64,000 nt of DNA from Balanoglossus misakiensis (taxonomy: Eukaryota; Animalia; Hemichordata). This document shows, one piece after another, positions 50,487-64,000 of the stretch; the first letter of the stretch is position 1, and each line of letters starts with the position of its first letter. The position numbers and the translations under genes are program-made. The stretch covers positions 4,110,093 through 4,174,092 of the forward strand of contig CM082587.2 of assembly GCA_040954595.2 (NCBI GenBank). Direction: 5' to 3'. Under the pieces are notes generated by a model. The model did no database searches. It was not told the DNA's origin and saw only the letters and a list, made by a program, of their open reading frames with translations.

Positions 50487-50502
50487 GCGCCCCCTAGCGG
50501 CC
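50487..50502 (-). promoter_or_regulatory. CTCF-type motif upstream of DPP7, beside an AGGTCA-G-AGGTCA (DR1) motif
   Basis: Minus strand GGCCGCTAGGGGGCGC closely matches the CTCF core. TGACCTCTGACCT at 50469-50481. Confidence 0.55.
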
Positions 50503-51753
50503 CTGTGTGTGTGTTTGTTATATGTTGAATCGGGCCCCCCAACTTAGTGGTATTCCAGAGCCTGTGCGCGTTACCACTTGAACTGTATTATGGTTGTAAC
50601 AATCAATTTGGGGTATTTAACACAAAATAAGAAAAATATCCGGTCAATAACAACAAATTTAACAAACACATCTAGTGGTTTGCTTGTGAATCCATTTTTT
50701 AATAAGAATCGAAAGATGGTTTACATCTTGCTAATGACAAAATCTGGCAATCAAGATGGGATCAATCATAATCAAACTTTCCAAAACAACTAACACAGGG
50801 CATATTAGTCTGTACATTCCCAAGAAAAATGAGAAAACAAAACAAAATGAGACTTGTGAGTGCAATAGTACAACTATACATTTGTTTAATACTCAGGTTT
50901 TTTCTCCTTTTATAAGAATGAAAAAAGTACAATTTATGAAAACACAGTATTTTTGAAAACATAACTGGAAGTGCAATGATGGATATCTGTACTTATTATT
51001 GTTGTAATTAAGTGTTATGTCACAGAAGTTCAAATCCATGGCCAATTCAACCCAAACAGATCTGTGGATGGTTTCAGGAGAAACTGTATCTGTACAGCAA
51101 AGATCATTTACCAGCCTCTTTGTTTCATGTGTTTGAACTCATTATTTATCACTATTAGCAATTTCATTAAAAGCCACAAGAGGTATTATGTCTGGGGCTC
51201 TATGACCGCTAAACACCAAACACTTGCACAGTGCAAACACCTGCAATACTGGTTATTAAACGCCACTTTCGAAAATGAAAGCATCTTTTTAAATGCTACA
51301 AATCGGGCGATGTCCATAAAAACTCGGACACCACGCAATTTTGATCCTTGCATATTGAGTGGAAGGGAAGGTTGACATGAACGGATATGCAGAATACAAG
51401 TGAGGCGTGCGTACCACAGGCGTGGTAGATGAAGCGTCTGTAAAATCTTCCTTGTCTAACATCATATGTTTCTGTGAAAGTCACCCAGGTCAGACGATCG
51501 AAAAATATCTTCGTTGTTCTTATCCCCGTTGGTGGGAACATCTTCCAGTCCAATCCATGATATGGAAAGTTATTTACAGTGGGAAAGTGGGATGCCTTCT
51601 GTGGTTTTAAACGCCATGGCAGTGTCGTTCGAACTAGTCCCTATGTTGCAGATTGCCAATATGCAAACAAAACCCAGACAGGCACATGTGGAATATTCAC
51701 ATAGAATATCATGTACAATGCGAGTCCTTGAGTATAAACACATACAGCTGCGT

Positions 51754-56110
<4,357 letters not shown>

Positions 56111-56983
56111 GATTTCTTGTTATCGAGGTGTCGAAAAGGATTGTGGGAGACCCAGCGCACGTCTCCGGGTCAGAGGTTGAAGGTTAGAAGGCAAAGGTCA
56201 TATCATTATATGCAATGTTTAAAAATTTTGAATGTTATTTTCTGTTTATGTCTTTATGTCTCTTTAAAATGAGGCTAATTTACCGTGAAGCAATGGGCAT
56301 TTTGTGATCAGGTCGTGGGACAATTCCAATGACGTCATCGTATCTAATTTTATGCATACTTCCGCATTCAGACATTTTGGGAGCTTGGTTTGGAGAGCTT
56401 CTGTTTGCAGGCGTTGCTCTGCACGTTGTCTCCTTGCAATCAACACCGATTGGCAATACATTTATCATCGCAGTGGCGATGAATCATGGTTAAGAACTAC
56501 TGCGTAAGTTTAATTTACACAAACTACATTGCGTGAGTTTCATTTTCGGGTGTGTTTATAGACGCTTCTGTCCTGATCGTACAGCAGAATGTACGTTTCA
56601 CTGTTCAGTGTTCAGTTGATGATCCGTGTCCTTCGCACTCATTGGGATGGCGATCGACTCTGTTTGCGTAAGTAAGTGACAGTAAAAAAGGTGGAGATCG
56701 TGATAATTATTATTACAGCGAGTGCCGACAACTTTGCAGTGCCCCGCTCCAGTTTGAAGTTGGGACAGTATTCCGGTGCCTACTGGCCGGTTGTGTTGTT
56801 GCCATGCCAGTTTGGTATGGGAGCCATTCAATCATGATGTACACTTTATGCATGTCTGAGGATGTAAATCTTTTAATTCAGGGTATTGCTGTGGGTCCGT
56901 TGTCCTGCTACTCCCCAATATACAGCCAAGGGTACTATGCTAGGACTACGGACCCGCATCAAAACAGCTGGTGGTGACTAGCC

Positions 56984-57008
56984 GGGGGGGGGGGGGGGGG
57001 GGGGGGGG
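56984..57008. repeat. Poly-G tract (~25 nt) in the CDC73-RO60 intergenic region
   Basis: Read directly. Length may be affected by sequencing error. Confidence 0.85.
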
Positions 57009-57421
57009 CTATGGGAGTTCAACCAATCCCTCACAAATAGTTGTTTCCACAGCTACTAAGGTAGTGACACAATCTACCATATTAATTGTTTTAATGTAGG
57101 TTTAATACTATGGATTTTGTTTGCCATATTTTTCAGAATTTTAAGAATTTCCACTAAGTGTGTTTAACACGTGGATTCAGATCGGGGAATTAGGACATAC
57201 ATGATCAAGGGACTCGGCACAACGCCCAAGAATTCAACTGACTGTATCAGATGTCCATTTCCAACTGAGGGTGACGCACTTGGGTTCAAAGGTCAAGAAT
57301 TGGGGCAAGAGGTCAGACGCATCTTCAGACTGGCAATCAACCCAAATTGTTAATAACACACAAAAAAAGAAAACATTTCTGAGTGTGCGCGCAGTGTGTG
57401 GAGTGGAATTATCGTACCGCG

Positions 57422-60400
57422 ATGGCTGACAATAAAACCACCCCGCAGAGCGAACCCCTCGTGAACGACCAGGTGAAAAACGAAGCCGGTGGCTATGTCT
57501 GGGAAGTGACAGACATGAAACGACTTCACAGGTTTCTGTGCCTGGGGTCTGAGGGGGGAACGTACTATGTGAAAGACAGCCTTGAACTTGGAGTACAGAA
57601 CGCCAGTTGCATAGACCGGCTCATCGAAGGCGGCGACGGAGAAAAAGTGGTGGAGGAGATTAAAAAGTACAGTGTTGGGGGCAGAACAGCCAAGCAGGAG
57701 CCCCTCATTCTGGCCTTGGCAATGTGTGCAAGGAGCGCAGATTTACAAACCAAGCAAGCGGCGTATCGAGTGTTGGCAGATGTGTGTCGCATCCCGACTT
57801 TCCTCTTCACCTTTGTCGAGGACGTGGAACGGATAGGGAAAGCCAAGAAAGGCACCGGCTGGGGACGGGCCCAGCGCCGAGCTATACAGCGGTGGTATAA
57901 CGATAAAGATGCTAAGGCCTTGGCGCTGGCAGTGACAAAATACAAACAGCGCAATGGATGGTCACACCGGGACCTGCTGAGGCTCGCGCACATCAAACCT
58001 GCAAATGACGGTAAGTATCCGATATAGTATAACTGTAGAGACAGACACTCACTGTTAGTTCAGTGACCCCATCAGAGCAATTGGACCACCATTCGTGGAT
58101 GCGACTAATTGAACACATCTGAGAATGTGACCATGGCAACCAATGTTAATCATGATGTCATACTGAAAATAACTGATTGAATGTTTTTTTCTGAGCTTAA
58201 TTAAGTTGATACACAGTTTTTCTTTGTCACTGGGGTGAAAAAAGCAATATTATAATTTCCAGGTAGTGGTACATGTTCTTTGGGATAACCCAGAGACCAG
58301 AGTAATGTCTATAAATAATCTGCCCCGGAGCCAACTGCTCCACTGGTGTCAATTTAGATGTTTGTACAGAGGATATCACTTCCAGTCAACATATTTGCAC
58401 ATGACACACGCCTGCATGTATCACTGGACAGCCAAGCCTCGAATCTGTGTTTTATTGGCAAAATTTCACATTCCTTTTCTGTAAGAGCAGCCAAGGTGTT
58501 TGGTTTCTCTTTCGTCATACTAAAAGATGATTTATCATCTGTCTGGGTGACTCGTGCCCTCCTTGACCCCCGTTGCTGTCTCTGAAGGCACATGATGTTA
58601 CGCAAAATGTTTCGGCCGGCCGTATATGCATTAGTGCCTGTTCCCTTTAATGTCTGTTATGCATGAAGAATTCGTGCCTTCCACTCATCCAACATTGGAG
58701 AAAAGAAATCAAAGCTACCAAATTTAGCCAGCCAAAAAACGCCGACAAGGATTCTAGGTCAGTGGTGCCCAGACAAGAAGCAGCTAGTTGAAATATTTGC
58801 TTTCCATCTTTTTAGGGCAAGTATTAGTGCTGACCCAGTTTTGTATATTGCAGCTCCGGTTCAGAGAGTGAATAACACGTGTGTCATCCTATCCTTTGAT
58901 ATGAACGTCTAATGTCTGTATCAAGACAGCATTATGAAATAACGGAATCTGACTCTGGCATACTTAGAATAGCCAGTCACAAATATTTAACAAGATCGGT
59001 GCTCTAGTTAATAAATCCTTTGGGGGTGTTTTTTTCATGATTTGTTCATTTTTATTTTTACATTGATATTGACTTCAACCTCCACAATGTCTAGACCATT
59101 GTCAGGCAATTAATATGTAGGTGTCTTGTTGGGTACTGAATGTGAAAAGTTTCTCTTACATGTATGTGCCCGTTTAGCAGGAGCCAGATGTCTGAAAACA
59201 CTATTGAAACTATTTTAGATACGTGTCCTGGCAAAGTGCTACTGCTAAACGCCAGATAAACACTTGGCGATGACAATAAAAGTCCAGCTTATCTTAGGCT
59301 TCCACTTGATATTTTATTGGGCAAAACGGGATTTGATAGCGCTTGGTGTTGATGGTCCGGGAAATGACTTTCAACTGGGCGCTGATGGATGCTCTGCGCT
59401 GGCAAGATATTTTACAGTGAGGCACTGTGTTGCTTTAAGTTGAATATAACGAGGCATGGTAATGATTGTCCGTACTTGTATATTGCACCTACAGATGACA
59501 CACACACACACATGCCAGGAAGGTTGAACATTCACGCGTCTTGTACGTAATTTATTGCTGCCAAATTTGGACGTGGATCCGTGACATTGATGCAAACGGC
59601 ACTGTTGGGTATTTCACAGATGCTGCCAGTGCCAGATGCACCCCATAGTTGGATATTAGACGGTGAATGTTCACTTGATCCACTTCCCGACAACCTCAAA
59701 ATGGGTCACTCTTGAAAGTACCCTAGATTCATGTCACCTTTGAGGTGTCTCACTGAAATCATACATCCAACTGATCATTTTCTTTCTGGTTTTCGCATCT
59801 CCAAACGTGATCTCGGTATGTTAACTATGTCCCAGCCAAGCATGCGGCCTGTAGGACTCCTGACATGCCAGGATTCCACATCAAATGTTATTACCGGGCA
59901 TTTAAATTGTCCGACGGGAATGTCGGTTTGATGGACTTAATGGATTGATATCCCTCGCATGTCTGTGACCTATGACCTTGAAGTAACCTTTGACCCTGGC
60001 AGAGTGCTCCTCTTACCTATTCTGCCATAATAAATAATTCTTTCGTGGTAATTTTTCTGGTCAGAGAGACATGCAGCATCCGTGGTATAATCACATGACA
60101 AGGCAGACATGTAATAGACTCACATTCCTTCAGGTAGACAGCCTTATGCTGTTACCCTCATGACCAGTCAATATTTGTGTACTGTTGCCCCGTAGCAGCT
60201 GCATATGAATTTATAGCAATCATTTCTGTGTTTTATTTGTGGCCTACAAGTGTTGCTAAATTCTAGCACCTGTGTAAAAGTTTTAATCACATCGTAGTAT
60301 GTAACCCGCTGTAAGTCGAACCATTTATAGGAATGAGGATATTAAAAATATCCTCTCCCAGTAATTCAAAATGCCAATAATATAAATATATATTCCCCTC

Positions 60401-61866
60401 TCCCTAGGTGTTGCAATGGTCTTCAAGTACATTATCAAGGGCTTTGACGCTGTCAAGGAAGCGTACAAAATTGATGACATCACTGATGATGCCCTCAAGC
60501 AGACCATGAGGTTCCTAGAAGCGGTGGAAGACATGAAGAACACTGGAGACGAAAGCCGCGCTATTCACCTGATTGAGGAGTTCAACCTCGTGAGAGAGCA
60601 CATCCCAACCAACCGATTGAAATCTAGGAATGTAAGTTTTTCAGCGGAAAAAAAAGTGTAAATAGTCGACCGTTTGACCATTGTTGTGCATCACCATTCA
60701 GGGGTCGAGGTTTCTGCAGTCACGGTGTCTTTCTTTGAACGTTTCCAGATCTGGAAGGCCTTGCTGAGACAGATGCCCATGACCGCCATGATCCGGAACC
60801 TCGGCAAGATGACGTCCGCCGGCGTACTGATGCCGGAGAGCGACGAAGTGAAGCTGATCTGCGAGAAGCTGCGCGACGAGACTCGGCTGCAGAAAGCCTA
60901 CATCCACCCGTTCAACGTGCTGTTGGCCATGAGGACGTACCAGTCGGGGCAGGGCGATAAGGGCAAGCTGAAGTGGATGGCCAATGAGAGCATCGTCGAC
61001 GCCCTAGAATTTGCATTTTATGCATCTTTTAAGGTAAGAGCAACAACCAGAGAATAAACTGGCTTTCACCACAGTTTTACTGCAGAGATGCTCAATTGAT
61101 AGCTGGCTGCAATGGATTTTATCAGTGAATATATTCCTCTCTTTTTTCTTCAGAATGTTGAGCCCACTGGTAAACGTTATCTTCTGGCTTTGGATGTGAG
61201 TGGCTCAATGTCGTACGGCAGTGTCAACGGCGCCAAAAGCATCACTGCTGCGCTGGCAGCCGCCGCCATGTTGATGGTCACGGCCAGGACAGAACCCAAG
61301 GAAAATTACGACATCCTGGCCTTCTCTGATAAGCTGGTCCCTATGCCGATCAGTGCGTCCATGAAGTTAGATACCGTCTGTCAGACTGCTGTTGACGTAA
61401 GCATCCCATTTATGCAATGTAGTGTACATGTACAAGATATATTCCACGGTTCTTATCTGTTGGGGAAATTACCAAAGGCCAGTGCATACTGCCATCACAT
61501 AGCTGTTTGTCCATCTTTGGATTTCATAAACACTTAACGGAATTTTCCGATATTTACTTTTGACAGATCGCCATGGGAGCGACAGACTGCGCCCAACCAA
61601 TGCTGTGGGCCACCGAGAACAAGAAACCGGTGGACGTCTTCATCATATACACTGACTGTGAGACCTGGGCAGGTGCAATCCACCCAGCACAGGCACTCAA
61701 GCAGTACCGCAAGGCCATGGACATCGAGGCAAAGCTGATTGTCTGCGCCATGACCTCCACGGGATTCACTCTGGCAGAGCCCAACGATGCCGGAATGTTG
61801 GACATTGCCGGATTCGACTCCGAAGCGCCGCAGATCATCCGGAGCTTTGCACTGGATCACTTCTGA
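57422..61866 (+). CDS. RO60: Ro60 / 60-kDa SS-A ribonucleoprotein (TROVE + vWA)
   Basis: Exons 57422-58010, 60408-60631, 60749-61033, 61154-61396, 61567-61866. [67 protein letters not shown] (MIDAS), [15 protein letters not shown]. Confidence 0.97.
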
Positions 61867-64000
61867 GACCAGAGAAAGGAATTATTAGCGGCCGGCGTGA
61901 GGCGTGGTAGTTTTGTAGAAATTCACCGTGTGTTACTAACACTTAGGAGGGGCTTTTTAAACCTTCAAAAGTTGCAGTTTTCTCTGGACAGGAACTCTAA
62001 CAGCAAATTGTTAGGCAGGAAATGTTTTTCTCTTTCAATCATCGATTTCTAGTTCTGGCTTTGTTAAAAATACCCCCCAAGGGGGCCTTATATACTGAGG
62101 TTATTGTAGTGCATCATCATGTATTGGAATGATATGTGTCTGTTTTCAACATTCTCCTGATGACAACCAGAGAATGAAAGCTCTGGTAATTTTTATCTTG
62201 AATTAAAGTTTCACTGTCTTTTGGTCATCACAAAAAAAGACTTCATAAAATAATGTGGGCGTGAACTTTTTGCAGTTGTCTGGGAGAAAAGATTTCGATT
62301 AATTTATTTATAGTAGCATGCAAATCAGTACGTTCAATAACAACACGTTATTTCGATGACATTTGAAGTTTCTGTCCTGAGTAACATTTTTGATAGATTT
62401 CTCTTAGCTGTATCATAGAAACTTAAAATTTATGTGTGTCACATGTGTCTCGAAAGTTTTTCAGAGAAATGTTGATTCACAACTTCCTTAATCTAACACC
62501 ACTTCAGAAAACAATCAATTAAACGTCATAATTCAGTAATTTTCAATTTTTCTGCTTGAGAGAATTTATTTTACTCAGCAACTGCTGTATGTACGTTTTA
62601 GGAAATATTAGCATCTTTTAAGTTAATGTAAAACTTTGAAATTATTTTGGCTTGACTTTTGTAGTTTGGGGTACCTTAAGGTTGAATTTTTTGTCTCGCA
62701 TGTACATTTTCTGCAAAATTTATTTTCTGATTCTTAAATTCATTTACAGCTCTGTATTTTTTCTTTTCTTTTATCAGGGAGGTAAGGCATTTTTTAAAAC
62801 TTAATTTCTATGTTTTTGTGATTTTTTTCTAGTATTTCCTTTCATGGTATAGGATAGTGATGCTAATGTTAAGAAACATGTAAATGTAATATACTGTAGA
62901 AACTAAGGTTTGAAGCGAATGGTTAATGCATAGGGATTTACCTGATGAACACAGCTGCATGTTCCAAGCATGTGCTCCAATCATGTAGTTACAGATGTTT
63001 TGTGGATAAATGAATTTACCAGAGACAAGCATTAACCTTGAATCATTTTCCAGTAGGATTTTTTTAGGTGAAATTCTGTCAATAGCAATATGGACAATAT
63101 CATTTTATTGTTAATACACATGAATAGATAATAAAAACCTACGCTATATAAGCTGTCTATCTTGCTGTTAGTTTGTCTATTATTTATCCTTGGATAGCCT
63201 GGATGAGCATCAGATTCAGATTTGTGTTCAATTCCCTGATCACTGCTACACAAATTATAACATCAGCTGCATCAGGTCTGACTGCTTTTTAAGATCTCCC
63301 AAGTTCATGAACTATTCCTAGATGAATGTGGATTTAATCATTAGTCCGTTGAGGGCGCTTTGGGTCCCTGAGTGATGGAGTTTGCAGTGCCAATTTGCTG
63401 GGCTGAACTTTTCAGTCTAACATCATGCCACAGAAAAATGGTACACGTTGTGCTTTGGAATCAGGTGCAACACAGACACCAATGACACTTTTTACATGCA
63501 TAAATTAACGCGAATAAAGACTCGTTTCGTCCTATTCAGTCATAAATCTTATTTTAATAAAACTGCCTGCAAAGTCATCATCATGTCTGTCGTAACAGAA
63601 TTTTGTCAATAAAATGAATTAAAAAAACAAACGAGTCAAAGAAACGAAAATTACATAAACTACACCACCACAATCAGTGTTCTCTCCCGGATATGTTCGA
63701 CGGTTAAAAATTGTACAGCTGTAAATTCTGCCATAACCCACTGGAATAATCATATAGTCACGTATCATGGCAGAGCTATTACCAGTAAAAGGGTAAAAAG
63801 TCATCCTAAATATATTTTCTGCATACAATGCTCAGTGTTGGGTTCTGTTTGACAAGCAACTTTCTCGTTCCATAGGTGATATTAATTGTGACAAATTTAA
63901 CCTCCAAAGATGTGGCTCTTTGCTCAATTTGCGATCAAGTATCAGCCACTTGTGGCACCAAACTGAGTATTGTAGGCCAAGTCAAGCTATCTGCTTAATA

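Noticed and set aside
56200-64000. Canonical Y RNA gene near RO60
   Set aside because: No GGCUGGUCCGA...UUGACYAGCC-oligo(U) arrangement found by eye on either strand; a covariance-model search is needed to exclude divergent ones.

Overview
Intron-rich animal genomic DNA, probably from a marine invertebrate (taxon inferred only). Eight multi-exon protein-coding genes can be spliced by hand. Four are conserved: AK8 (-), DPP7 (-), CDC73 (-) and RO60/TROVE2 (+), the last two head-to-head. Between AK8 and DPP7 lie four genes I cannot name. (i) A GPI-anchored protein with two exon-encoded CARDB/Ig-like Cys-containing domains. (ii) A 1067-aa STAND/NB-ARC-like protein with degenerate Walker A/B, no N-terminal effector, no LRR/WD40/TPR, a ~600-aa disordered tail, and kB- and IRF-type sites upstream. 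(iii) A secreted three-finger (Ly6/uPAR-type) domain split by a ~390-aa acidic, N-glycosylated, Arg-Arg-bounded insert. (iv) A single-pass receptor with 2x(YWTD-EGF)-3xSushi-TM and a tyrosine-motif-rich tail. Other features: a duplicated, frame-incompatible DPP7 exon; a GC-AG intron; a TTA-TSD MITE inserted inside a splice donor; a TTAA-TSD TIR element; two nested Helentron/HINE-like elements with internal tandem repeats; and microsatellites. No database searches were run; family assignments rest on motif recognition.
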